DNA from: Marsupella aquatica
Lineage: Eukaryota; Plantae; Marchantiophyta
Reading direction: 5' to 3'
Assembly: GCA_973895155.1 (NCBI GenBank)
Contig: OZ316894.1
Coordinates: 15,492,699 to 15,556,698 of the forward strand
DNA length: 64,000 bases
Shown: positions 1 through 12,402 of the stretch, piece after piece
Numbering within the stretch: position 1 is the stretch's first letter
Layout of the letters: every line of letters begins with the position of its first letter
Program-made: the position numbers and the translations under genes
Notes under the pieces: model-generated
The model's input: only the letters and a program-made list of their open reading frames with translations
What the model was told of the DNA's origin: nothing
Databases searched by the model: none

Positions 1-3000
1 CGGTCCCACTGGTAGGAGCAACACTTGTGCTCCTGCCTTGCTGTACATAGGTAGATTCGGGCAAGTAGATTACTGTTAAGTAGATTAGGCTTACGATGCA
101 AAGAATGGCGGATCCACTACCAGGATAAGTACCTGGGCAGCGGGGAGCTCAGGGCCTCTTCTTTAGCAAGTTTTTAGTTTGCACCAGCCGGGCTGGGATC
201 AAGTAGTACGAGAAGCTCTCGGTTAGTCATACAGTGACCCTTGTGTATATTCATGTTTCCTCATGCCTAAGAGCTGAATAGAGTTGGCCTCACGGCTTAG
301 TTCGCAGAACTTGTGTATGAGATGTACTGTTTGTATGGCAAGTGCATGGTATGACTCAGTCAGAATGAGTCATTTTGCTATTTGTGTGTCGCATTAACTT
401 GTGTGAAGAGTGCCCACATCAACAGAAGGAAGGAAAGTAAGCAGGGGAGTGAGAGTTGGATGTGTCGAGCTGAGAGAGGTCTTAGCGGCTTAACCAAGCC
501 TATTGGGGATCATTCCGGCGGCGGAATCCAAACATACCTAACAAGACGGAGGGGAAGACAGGGGAAGACAGGGGAAGGCCTATATTAGGCCGGCTACGTA
601 TCTCATGACCCGATGAAGAATCTGTCCAGTATATGTGTGTAAAATGTTATTAGTAGTAGTAGAAGGTTAGCAGCGTCCCATGCCGCTAAGCCACGGAAAC
701 GGCCTCGCCAAGCACGAAACCTGCGGGAATCGGCTTGAGCTGGGGGGTTTCTTGGGTTTAGGGAGCCATGGGACGCACCACAGACACGGATAGAGGTTAG
801 CGGACATGGATAGCGGATATGGACAGAGGTTAGCGGACACAGATAGCGAATACGGATAGAGGTTAGCGGACATGGATAGCGGATACAGATAGAGGTTAGC
901 GGACACGGATAGCGGATATGGATAGAGGTTAGCGGACATGGATAGCGGATACGGATAGGTTAGTGGACACGGATAGCGGATACGGATACCGGATAGTGGC
1001 CAGTGGCTAGCGGATTTAGATTGGGGTTAGACTAAACCCGGGACAATGGATAGCGGACAACGGATAGCGGACAACCGACACGGACAACAGACATGGACAA
1101 TGGATAGCGGACAACGGACACGGACACGGATAGTAGACAACAGGCACAGATAGCAGACACGGATAACGGACATGGACAACGAACACGGACAACGGACACG
1201 GACAACTGACACGGACAACGGACACGGATAGCGGACACGAACATGGATAGCGGCTTAGCTCGAGGCCACGGGTTAACTCTTCTAAGGTTAGATAGGGTAG
1301 CTAGGCTAGCCGAACTCGGGTTAGCTACGTAACTTGGGTTAGCGTAGCAATGAGTACCCCCTCTCGGTTGCGGGGGCATAACTTTCTGTGTATTTGGCCA
1401 AATCGGCTATAATTGACCTCGTTGGAAAGAGGAGCTCAAGCCGCTTCCAACGCTGCTATCCACGCAGCAAATGGTTGAATAGAGGAATCAGGAGAGGAGG
1501 CGCAAGCTCGCAAAAACCATGGAGGAGGGCCAAATCCGAAGTACATAGCCAATTCGAGATAGAAATAAAGTTGCGAGTTAGGGTTCAGTAGTTAGAGATA
1601 GTGGCGGCTCTGTTAGGGCTGGGATGGGGCTCCAGCAGTGTAGTATCCACCCATTTGGGCTCAGTATGAGAGTATATAGAGCAGCCCCCCGGTAGAGGCA
1701 AGGGGGGGGGGCCTTCAGTTGTGTGATCTCACTTAGAATGAGCAGCAGGGAGGAGCTCTGTGCAAGCAAGGCTGGACTTGGACGTTGCGTGTTGGGGAGA
1801 GCTTGGTTGTGCTATTACTCAGGGAGTAATCAGCCAAGCTTCACAGTTGCAACGGGTTGCTAGGTTTGCGAGTTGGATTGTGGCTCTTTCTAGTGGGCAG
1901 CACAACTGGGTTCTTTTCCCCCGATACAGAGCCTTGGTGATAGGTGATGTATTGGTGATTGTAAACTGTGGGAAGGATGTCAATTTGATTTGTGGTGAGC
2001 ACATTAGGGAGGCTGAGACACTGATTGAGGGGCAACAAGAGGAGCATTTACAGTTCAGTCTGGCAAGGCTACGTGATCCATGGGGAGTCCCGGCCTTTGT
2101 CTGGTAGAGAGCACTAAGGGATTTATGGCCAGAGCTGAGCTTGCAGGGCAAGCATGAGGCCGGGCCTCATTGCAGTCTGGGGTAGATCGCCATTAGGCCT
2201 GGTACCAGCTTTGAAGTCGAGTCAATTATGCATGCGTAACTTGACGTTCTGAATTGGAGGTGTGAGATCTGTATGTGCCCCCAAGAATGAAGTGCAGTGA
2301 AGGAGGTTGAGTTTAGGATTGAGTTTGCAAGGCAAGTACGGGATTGGTTTGAGTCCAATCTGCCGTCGCAATCTGGAGTGAGCCGGGCTCAGGTTCAGGA
2401 TTGAGCTTGCATGGCAAGCATGGGGCTTGCGGGGCAAGCACGTCACAATCTGGAGGAAACAGCCTTCGGCCCTAGTGTTTGGATCAAGTGTTCTCAATGA
2501 ACTATTGTGCACATCTTTGAATCTAATTGAGTTTTCCTCTTAGGCCTCATTTCTCTCATGGATGTGTGTGTGTGTGAGGCAATCTGAGTGTATGATGGGG
2601 CTAGCAGCGCCACTAAGAGGTGTACAGGGTGCATTGAAGCGGGCTGGGTGAGGACTGTCATAGCTCTGATTGCTGAGAGTGGAATGGCAGAGTGGTGGGG
2701 CAATGGCTTAGAAGTCCCTAAGTCGGGAATCAGTCAAGAGTCACTGGTTTATGGGTACATTCCGGTGGCGAAATAGAAATATACCTATGACAGTAAGCAT
2801 ACATATAGACATATGCGCACCGTAGCACTAGGCCCTGTGTGTACGGGCCCGATATGAAGACCCCTTCTCACCAGAACTATCATGAGCACTGGATCTGATT
2901 CCCAACCTTGGTTCTTAGGGATTAAGCTTGGGTGATGTGTGACGGAGTCTTGCTATGATAGTCTGGTGTTAAGGGCATAAACTGGTGTTTACCGGCCTTC

Positions 3001-3093
3001 ACAACATCCCTTCGTGATCCTCAAGTACAAGGAGATGGTTTTGGCACCCATAGTGACGTTTTTGGTGTTAAGACCCATGTCAAGCGCGTGACA
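1..3093 (+). mobile_element. LTR of family A (copy A1; 3' or solo LTR, left end not defined in window)
   Basis: ~1270-3093 is the reverse complement of the LTRs at 25040-~26950 and 38434-~40260. It ends ...CATGTCAAGCGCGTGACA at 3093 and is followed by CCCAA, not a PBS. 1-1270 differs from the other copies. Confidence 0.8.
781..1252 (+). repeat. Compound minisatellite (~36-bp GGATAGAGGTTAGCGGACAYGGATAGCGGATA units, then 6-7-bp GGACAC/GGACAAC units)
   Basis: Directly visible tandem units. A short seed (CGCTATCCGCTATCCGCTAACC) is present in copy A2 near 26968-26989. Confidence 0.9.
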
Positions 3094-3320
3094 CCCAAGG
3101 ACTCGGGAGGACTCTGGGTCCTTGCCCAAGGACTCCGAGTCCTTTCCCAAGGACTCTACCCAAGGACTCCAAGTCCTAGTCATGGCCGAAGGACTCCAAG
3201 TCCTTGCCCCACGACTCCAATAAGGACTTCAAGTGCTTATGAAGGACTTCAAGTGCTCAAGCGAGAACTGAAAGTCCTGAAGAAGGACTTGAACTCCTTG
3301 GCCCTTGTTGTCCGAGTCCT
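3094..3320. repeat. Array of AGGACTC/AGTCCT motifs, often as the near-palindrome AGGACTCCRAGTCCT
   Basis: More than 10 occurrences visible in ~230 bp. Confidence 0.85.
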
Positions 3321-3533
3321 GCTAGTGTGACAAACCATAATGACAACCAAAGGCAAACAAATAAAGGACAAAAGAACATCACAAGGTAGGAAACCCATAG
3401 TTACCTGCTTGATCTCTACAACTAGTTCACAGTAGTGGCTCTTGTTTTACGCCCTGATTTAGTTTGATGCACATAAGACAATTTTCTATATTATTCAGTT
3501 TACAGCACCCAGAGAAAAACCTTCTTCCTTTTG

Positions 3534-6032
3534 CTACGGGTCTCTCACAAGAAATTGCAATCTTTTCCTGGAGTTTGATGACTTGGGAGGAACAACTTGG
3601 GATTGGATTGCACTCCTGGACTGTGGAGGAGATGTTTCTTCTGCTTCAATTTGAACAAGGCTCAACAGTTGCCTGAATGAAACATTCTCGAGAGACTCGG
3701 GAGTGAAGGGCAAGGTGCCAAGCTCAAGAGATGTCAATGGGGTACTGGTCACCTTGCTAGCTACTTCACTCTCTTGCTTCTGTTTCTTCCTCACATGCAA
3801 TCCGATGGCTGCTGTGGAATTGAACACTGGCAATTCAGGAGACTCATCCACAGGGGCACCCTGTTCATGCACCACACTAGTGTGGTCCACATTGTTCAAC
3901 AACACAGTTGCTTGGACCTCGGCTTGTTCCTGCACACACAATGACGACATTCACTTAATGGCCCAACTAAAAACTCAAATTGTCCAACTACCTAAACATG
4001 ACCTGCAGACCTAGTCTGGTTATACACATACCACTGCTTGCGTGGACTGCATCTGTTGCAAAAGGTGACGACGTGTGCCCAATTGGGCACTATTAGCCCC
4101 ATATGTTGCCTTCAAATCCTGAATATAGGAGCCTTCACCTGACGGCAGCTTGTCTACCGCTCTCTTTGGAAGACCCCAACTTCGAATCCAATCTTCACAA
4201 AAGGGTTCCCCACAAGCAAAGCAACAACTTGTCCTTGTTTTATCCCCCAACAAGGTAAATAAACAATGCGGATGATAGGCGTGGCCACAACTTGCTGGAA
4301 CCCAATTGAAACAATGATACCCGTGGCAACAAACTGGACAATTACTCACGAACACTTCAATTCCCACTATCACAGTTGATGTGGGAACAAATCAAGGCTG
4401 CAATGTTGGACATGGATTGGACAACACAGGCTCCAAAATGGACAATTCGGCCTTTTGAGCTGCTGCAGCCAACTCCAAACGCTTCACATGTCCTTCCAAC
4501 TGTGATTCCACAACTTTCAAACGAGCCACCTTGTGTGGTAACTGTTCAAAGCGCTTCTTCCTGGTCTCAATGAGCTTCTCAAATGTAGCCATCCCCTTTA
4601 GGATAAATGACTCAGATTCCTTCAAAGCCTCCATGGCCTTGTTACCCTCCTCCAACTTTTGTTGCAGGATAACAACATAGCTTTCCTGCCCACCCCCAAA
4701 AAAATATGCACACGACAACATTATTTGCAGCTCATCATCAATGCATCAATGCCTCGTCCTGCTAAATTGAATCCAACATCTCAACTAAACATATATATCC
4801 AGCCTACAGATAGTTTGATGGACACAAAGGACAGGTATATATATGGTCTGACATTGTACCTCCTCATCTTGCTCTCCCTTGAGCTCCTCAAGCTCTATTT
4901 CCATTGACATGTCATCATACAAGGTGTCTGCGGCCTTCACTTTGATTCTCACATCTTGCAATTCTTGCTGTAGTTTCTGAAGTTGGTCCACCAGACCAGA
5001 GCTGAGTCTTGGATGATCCTCGTTTGCTGCCTCCAAGTCTTGCACAGTCTTATGAACCTTACTGATGCTCTCATGGGTGTCTCTAAGACTGCATTTGATC
5101 GCGACTATTTGCCCATCCAGAATAGCAAGCAAAAGACTTCTTGGCACTATAGGGACAACAGGAGAAATAGGCTTGGTAGGGAGAAGCATTGTTGCGGGGG
5201 CAGAAAGGGCAGCCTCCAATGGTTTGGGATGTGCGCTCTCATGTGCGCTTCCCTTGCTACCAAAATCCGCTCCTAAATTGGTTGTCCCCGGATGAGCTTT
5301 GTCCCCTGGCGCTTGATGCTTGATACAAATCTTTTTCCTAACCCGATTCTGAGTATCTTCACTAAATTCCTGAGGCACTGGTGGCGAATACAGACGCAAC
5401 CTCCTAACGCAAGGAGGCCCATCTGGCTTACCCTTGCCATCTCGCTCCCATTGGGCAATTTGCCCCTTCAGCTTCAACACCGCATACACACACCAGTCCA
5501 CCTTTCGCCTTTGGATCCTTTTTGCATATGCCCCTTTGATGAAAGTGAAAGACAAGAATCCATTCACTGGTGCATCATAACCATCCACGACTTGGGATAG
5601 CTGCAAAACCTCCTCAATTGGGAGGCCCACACAGAGACTCAACTTATACCCATTCCTGTCTTTCTCTCCAAACACTTTGGCCAATTGCTCCTTGGAAATG
5701 TCTTTGATCTTATGAGGACTAACACCTTCATTTGGAAGACCAAATGTGACATGGAAATACTCCGCGTCCTTCACATAATCTTTAGGATCCCATGGCTCTA
5801 GAGGCGGTTCCACCTTAGTCTTTGGTTTTGCAGTTTTGATACTCTCTACAAGAGCTGGAGAGTCGGGAGAAGCACGATCTGGAGCTTGGGAGGCATACGT
5901 GGTTGGTTTGCTAGTGGACCGGACTCTGCTGCCATGAGGGAGAACAGGGTCTGGGACTGTAACTATCTCCATTTCTCCTTCCTCAAGAGTAGAAGTTCTA
6001 GGAGCTTCTGGATTATCAGTTGAGGCATCCAT
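3534..6032 (-). pseudogene. Spliced gene: transposon accessory NG[YW] domain, coiled coil and RING-H2-type zinc finger; one in-frame stop
   Basis: ORFs 4785-6044, 4392-4721, 4020-4373 and 3534-3950 can be joined by GT-AG introns (~4858-4686 and ~4031-3930). 4392-4721 and 4020-4373 share a frame across one TGA. The motif CPVC..SCGHAYHPHC..CFAC fits C3H2C3. Confidence 0.7.
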
Positions 6033-6769
6033 GACGGCATTCAAAAATATGCTAGTACAGAGGAAAGTTGTGGTGAAAACTCAAAGTATAAGCAAGCGTA
6101 TCGGGCCAACACCTACATTATTACCTCAGGACTGCTGCGGATTGAAAATGGATGTTGGTTGGATTCAATCACCAATGACTTGGGTAAAATTTCCTCCGTT
6201 GGCTTCAAACAAACTGCCCGCTCGGCCTACATGCATTACACAATGGAATTAGAAGGTTGCATTACTCCAACCAATGCAGCTGACGGATAATCCCGTGTTA
6301 ATAGCACGCGAACATATAGGGGTACATACAACGGACTATCAAAAAGTCAACTAAGGAATCAAAAGAATGCTAGCCATCATTTTTGAGAGTTTGATCATCA
6401 TGTGCAAACCAAACCTATGTCAGCGACCCATCGAAGTGCTCAGATGTGAAAAAAACAATGAAATTGCTTTCGGAAGTAAGTTGGCCGTCCTCCACTAGCT
6501 TCCCTTTGTTGCCAATAAACTCTGTTGCGACAAGAGCTCTCGGGCTGTAATTATCTCAATGGTTTGAATGGGCCAGGCCGACATGGACAATCTTGCAATG
6601 CGCAACAAAATACCTACTCGTTTGCAATTCTCGTCGCTCTCTCTTCCTGCCCCAACACTCGAACACTACTGATTTTGGCTATGGACCTCAAGCTGCTTGG
6701 TGTCCACCATGAAACACTTTGTAAAATTTGATAACTCAGGCATAAAACTCTCAATAATACTCCTTTGTC

Positions 6770-7168
6770 CTCGAGTCCTTACTACTGTTGAGACTATCAC
6801 GCCAAAGTTGGAAGGACTTGGAGTCCTTGTTTTCAAAATGTCCTGGCCGGCGGGGATTGCAAGGACATTTATTGTAGGTTTCCAAGACTTCCGAGTCCTT
6901 TTTTTGAAAAGTAAACGACGGCTACTCGCCTCGAGGACATTAAACACATCATAAGTACTCTATATGAGGATACGAGTGCAAGCTTTACTAGGGTCCTACT
7001 AAATCCAAAAAAGTTCATTTAATGGAATCAGTTCACCAATTCAAATCTAGCCTTTGATATACATATCCTCAATCTTGGCCATTGAGGGATATGTTGCACA
7101 TTTAATGCAAAATGGCAAGGACTCGAGTCCTTTTTGTGGAGGAAAAAGGAGAAAAATGGTAGTCCTCA
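6770..7168. repeat. Second, sparser cluster of AGGACT/AGTCCT motifs
   Basis: Examples: GAAGGACTTGGAGTCCTT (~6811) and AAGGACTCGAGTCCTT (~7117). Confidence 0.7.
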
Positions 7169-7179
7169 ATCATGCAATC

Positions 7180-7921
7180 CACGTTGCTGTTTCCGTTGTT
7201 GCAACATACTCCGCTTCTGTAGTAGACTAAGCAATACACTTTTGTAAAGTAGACCTCTAACTTATGCATCCACCTCCCAGTGTGAACACATAACCTGTTG
7301 TTGACCTCCTCCAATCCAGATCCTATGCATAGTCAGCATCTATATAGCCCATCAATGATCTAGCATTATCAACATGTGCATCAAACAATAGACCATGATC
7401 CACGGTACCCTTCAAGTACCAAATAATCCACTTCATTGCTTCCCAATGTACCTTCCCTAGATTCAACGTGTACCTGCTCACCTTGCCCATAGCCATGGCA
7501 AGATCAGGTCTAGTCCAAGTCATCAAATACATGAGACTCCCCACTGCCCTGTCATAAGGAACCTTTGACATCAGCCCCTTCTATTCTCATCCGTAGGACA
7601 GAAAGCTGATGACAACTTCAAGTGTGGAGCCAACGGGGTACTTACTGGCTTGCTATCCCCATGTTGAACCTTGCAATTACCTTCCTTGCATAAATGTCCT
7701 GCGTCAACCATAGTTTACCAACCTCCAAGTCCCAAGTGATCTCCATACCCAAAATTCTCTTAGCTGGCCCTAAGTCCTTCATCTTAAACTCTGCACTAAG
7801 CAGTGTCTTGAGCTTAACAATCTCAGACCTATCCTTGGCCGCAATAAGCATGTCATCCACATAAAATACAAAAACAATGAATCCAAAGACAATATTCTTT
7901 TCCGGTTTAAGATACACACAG
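7180..7921 (-). pseudogene. pol: Copia RT C-terminal half and start of RNase H
   Basis: Motifs YVDDMLI, FKMKDLGPAKRILGMEI, PYDRAVGSLMY, TRPDLA, GYIDADYA and STTEAEY. Confidence 0.93.
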
Positions 7922-7926
7922 GGGTC

Positions 7927-10900
7927 TGTGAGTATTGGGTAATACCAAAAACCTGAAATTACTGAAAAAATTTAAACTTTTTACAGTGTTTAAGCCTGCT
8001 GTTGCTGTTAAAGTACCAAGTGTAAACTACGGGTATACTTTATAATGGGATTACGCATTTACGCGTATAAGCGTTACGGGTTTACGGGTTTACGATGTTA
8101 CGAGTTTTATGCCGATACGGGATTACGGTTTACGCCTTACGCGTTTAAGGAAAGTTCACGTTACGGCGCTACGGCTAACTTCGCAACGGGACTTAGCAAC
8201 GGAATGGGGACTTCATGCCTTGATAGGAACCAGGCACAGAGTTCAGGCGCTCACTCTCATCTCTTCACCACCCCTATTCACTTGCTCTTTCCCTTCGAAA
8301 GTAACCTTCGCAGCACGCAAATTATCGTTGCAGCTATGGCGAACCTGGGTGCTGAGGAACAATATCAAATTGAAGCTCTAGCAGTCTCAAAAGTAGTGGC
8401 AGCTCGAATACCACGAGCGCCTGATAGTCTTTCTAATTTACAAGACTCTTTACAGCACTTAGGATTGGAACGCTTACTCAAGATTCCCTGGAATGTCAAG
8501 CTCAACTCCTACTTGCAAGATTTTGTAAAGGGGACTATCATCCCGATTGAATTCAGGCGAATGATTCGAGCTCGCCCCAACCTGTGGACTGTTGAGCAAA
8601 TTGCTTACGCCTTTGGATGCCCGTCAGAAGGAGAGGCGTTATATTCCAAGAAGCAGGACTTATCTACTCCATACTTCTCAGGAACTTGAAATCTCAAAAA
8701 TGGCTGGAACTTGTCCCAGTGTACTTATCCTGAATTGAGAGTGCTCATGGAATTTCTAGTACCCATTCTTCATCCGAAAAAGCCAACCCTTTGTCCTGTG
8801 GCCTTGGCTAACACTATTGTAGCTGCTCACAGTGGAGCTATAAAAGTAAATTAGGCCTTACTTTTGTTTAATGTAATGAAGGATCAAGTAAGGAGTTTGG
8901 AATCGGGGAGGACCACTTGCTTGCAGAATTATCTCTCTCAGCTCTATTATGCCCATGACTGTTTACATCTTGAGGAAGAGACAGAGAGGGGGTTACTCCT
9001 AATTGACCTGGGTATTGAAGAAGAAATTCCCATGGAAGACATTGTACATGTCACCCCATTGAATTTGAATGATCAGAACGTTGAGGAGAATGCTGATGTT
9101 CCTATGGAGGATACTTCATTAGAAGTCCCTACACATTCTCCTATGCATAGCAGGGAAATTGTTTGCCAATCAATAAGTAATGAGAATACCCCTAGCCGGA
9201 CTATGGATGCAGATCCACTAGAAGTTGAAGAAGTAAGGAGCATTCATCAACAAGACGATGTTGCTACACCAACTGATGCTACTCCTCATGTGACCACCGG
9301 GTCCACTCCTTCGAAGGCAGAGTCGAATCAACAGCTTATTGATAAGTTGACATCTCTCCTCAGTTGCAGTGATGATGGACTATATGATGCTGTTAATAAT
9401 TTGAGAATGGAGGCTGTTAGTTTGAGATCACCATTTCATGATCAGCTAAGTCCTGTCAGAATGACCTCTTCCCCAAGAGAACCAGCACCAATGGAGTTTG
9501 TGATCTGTACTCCTATCACTGTACAACCCCCTCCCCTAGAAACAAGTGAACCTGTTCCAGTATCAGATAGTACCAGTTATGTGGCCATTGTGGATGACTT
9601 GCTAGAAATACTTCAGTGTGAACCTCGACAGATAGCATCTGTGGTCAGCAACTTGATCCAACAATGTCCAACTGCTAGTCCCACTCCTAGCCCAGGTTCG
9701 CAACATTACAGCCCTGATTCCAACTATGAACCCACTGAAGGACCCACCTACAATCGGTCACAATATGAGCATCCTTATGTCAGAGAGGAAATGCCTAAAG
9801 ACTCTGATCCACCCTCAGATGGTGAAACTTATAGATGTTATGATAATTCTCTTGAGTCATCCCCAAGGCAGGGATTTGAAGATGTTGATACTGCCTTAAG
9901 ATCCAATCCAAACTTAGTAGCAGTTGTCACCTCATCTACTTAGACAGCTCGGAATGCCACCATCGAGAGTAGATACCCGAGACATCCAGAGTCCCAAGTG
10001 CACAGGTATGTGGAGACCTGTAAGATAATGCAGGCCAACAGACCACCGGTTGGAGAGTTTTGGAGATACTACTATCTCAAAAAGACAGAGGCCAGTTATA
10101 TCTTCGACCTCAGGTGTTTTGGAACTTCCAAAGTAGAGATGGCACAATTCGATGAGTTCTGGACTGACTCTCTCTACTTCTGACCTATTCTTGCTGTGAT
10201 GCTACTTCAAGGACATGTGGAGGTGGAGGATCCAGATTTAGTTCTGGCATATTTTGGAAATTTGGCAGCTTATGCCCTAGATTTTGTGATTTCTTTTCTC
10301 ATGCAGAGTAAGAAATCTACTTCTCCCCAGAACGCTTACCTTCCTCGAGAACCCAAGGTTACCCTTGTTTCAACTAGCTCATTTGCTGAGAAACAGAGGA
10401 TCTGGAACAATGTCACCTCTCAAACTCTGGCCAACTTCAACCGGTATTTCAGAGATGTCAAATGGAGGCTTCACCCTTTCTATTCCAGGATGCTGAACTC
10501 TGATGAATTCCTATACCATTATCCCCAAGTATATGCTGCTACTTGCAATAATTATGACGTGATTGGGATATATAGAGAAGCTCTTCGAATAGACATATGT
10601 TATCTAAGGAAGAGAATGCCCCTGATGTATCCTGAGAGACAACTAAGATGCCTACCTTATTCCCGAGGATCCCCACACCAGGCTGAGCTAATGGAAGTTA
10701 CCCAGAATCAAACTGTCACGGCAGTGGAGCTACTCGAACCAAAAGACATTCGACAACAAGCTTGAGGAGTAATCTAAGTGTTTTTAGTTAGTTTTAAGAG
10801 TAGTGCATCTTTCCCTATTTTTCAAAATGTGTTATAGAGCTTTAAAAGCTATGAAACTTCTTTAGTATATAGTCTATACATAGAGAAACTCACTGGAAAA

Positions 10901-11936
10901 TTTTCAGAATTTTCCGAGCCAGGAGTAGAAAGTTAAAAATAGTTGAATTCGGTAAGTCTTAAGTCTACCGCATTCACCGGATTACGCCTTTACGTTTTTA
11001 TGCTTTTACAAGTTTACGTCTTTACGCTTTTACGGGTTCTTACTTAGCCATTTCCCGGCTTTTCACTTACTGAATCGCTATTTTGACTTTTTGAGGAGTA
11101 TGAAGAGGCATGTCTCTTCGACCCTATGACCTCTTACTCTGTAGATTTTACTATAAGAAAAAGTTTAAGGAAAGTATAGCAATTTTTGCCTCTTCTTGGT
11201 GTTCAGCCAGTTGATCATGAATGTTAAGAGTTCAAGATCAAGTTTGACACCAAGAGAAGACTTCCCTCCTTCTTGTGGTTTATACTTTTGAATAAATCAT
11301 AGGAAGTAAAATTCCTTTTGTGCAAATCTTTTGAGTTGTGATGACAGACTCCTTATTGGTGACTCATTACAATCTCCTGAGTTCTTAAAGTTAACTCATT
11401 GAGTTTATGTCTTAAAAAATTTGATGGATTTTCTTTCATGATACTTAGTACCATCTAAATGTTAAAGTAGTCACTCTTTTAGATTTTGTCTGAGTACCAC
11501 TTAGAAAGAAAAGACAAGACGTGTTGACGGCACTTTAAAGGAGTACTCTAGTAAGCATTTTAGACCTGAAAAGCAATATGGATTTGAATCCTTAAGTCTT
11601 TTCATTTTGACTTATGTCTAAGGAGCAACCTTGGTGAATTCCAGACTCCCTTAGCATACTTTAAGATATTTTCCCTTGTGTTTTGTTAATCATTTCCTTT
11701 TCATTAATTTATGTTTACATGATGCTGAGATATCATTGAAAACTTCTCACCGCTGTGGAGCGATCTTCAAAATACCTTATTAAAGTAATCAAACTTGATT
11801 ACTATGTGTAGAAAACATTTTTAGTTCTTTATTATTGTTTAAATCTATCAAACCAACCCCATCTTGTTCTTTACGGGAATGAATACCGAGTTTGGAGACC
11901 TTTAAGTATGTTTTTGGTTCTTCATAGCAAACTACA
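7927..11936 (+). repeat. 5' LTR of element B (4010 bp)
   Basis: TGTGAGTATT...AAACTACA, near-identical to 19967-23978. Confidence 0.96.
8336..10765 (+). pseudogene. LTR-encoded accessory ORF (~809 codons, unknown function, N-terminal NG[YW] domain)
   Basis: ORFs 8045, 8864, 9998 and 10196 are all in one frame. Stops unique to this copy are sense codons in the 3' LTR copy; only the TAG at 9941-9943 is shared. Confidence 0.8.
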
Positions 11937-11945
11937 TGAGATTTT

Positions 11946-11963
11946 TGGCGCCGCTGCCGGGGA
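11946..11963 (+). promoter_or_regulatory. Primer-binding site, tRNA-Asp type (TGGCGCCGCTGCCGGGGA)
   Basis: Lies 9 nt after the 5' LTR and is one mismatch from the Athila-type PBS TGGCGCCGTTGCCGGGGA. Confidence 0.88.
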
Positions 11964-12402
11964 ACAAATCAAGGAAGGTTTGAAGTACAGGCAGTAAATG
12001 CCAAAATAAGTTTTTAATTCAGTAAGAATGATGGAATAAAATAAGGGTGATTCCCACCATGGAACCTATTGGAGAATGGGCAATTCCAAGGCTGGAAATT
12101 TGACCTTATACAGTGGGAAATGCACCAGAGGCATTTAGGGAAAGGATTGGAGGAGAGAATCCTGCCACAATTTTGGAAAGAAAGAGGAAAGCTAAGGCCA
12201 AGAGGGAAAGATTAAGTGGTGCTTAGTAGGGGAATATCCTTTCCAAGCAAGAGATGGTGAGGAAAAGTAGACCTCAGAAAAGAGAAAGAGCCTTAATTAG
12301 GTCTAGGGATAATCAAACACACACGATTATCAGTGCCACTGCACGAGATAGAACAACTATTTTGAGAAGGCAAGCGTCCAACCAAGGAGGAGGAAGTTAC
12401 TT

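Larger units (their letters stand above)
3094..7175 (-). mobile_element. Putative DNA-transposon-like element with subterminal AGGACT(C)GAGTCCT motif arrays; superfamily not determined
   Basis: Motif clusters at 3094-3320 and 6770-7168 bracket a spliced gene. The segment truncates the copia RNase H at ~7180. No TIR, TSD or transposase was identified. Confidence 0.5.

Noticed and set aside
667-1379. ORFs with repeated peptides (SANLYPYPLS, CPCPLS)
   Set aside because: They are translations of the minisatellite in several frames, with no coding evidence.
1388-2776. Short ORFs recurring in all three family A LTRs
   Set aside because: Recurrence follows from nucleotide identity of the LTR copies. 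They overlap on both strands and I recognise no domain.
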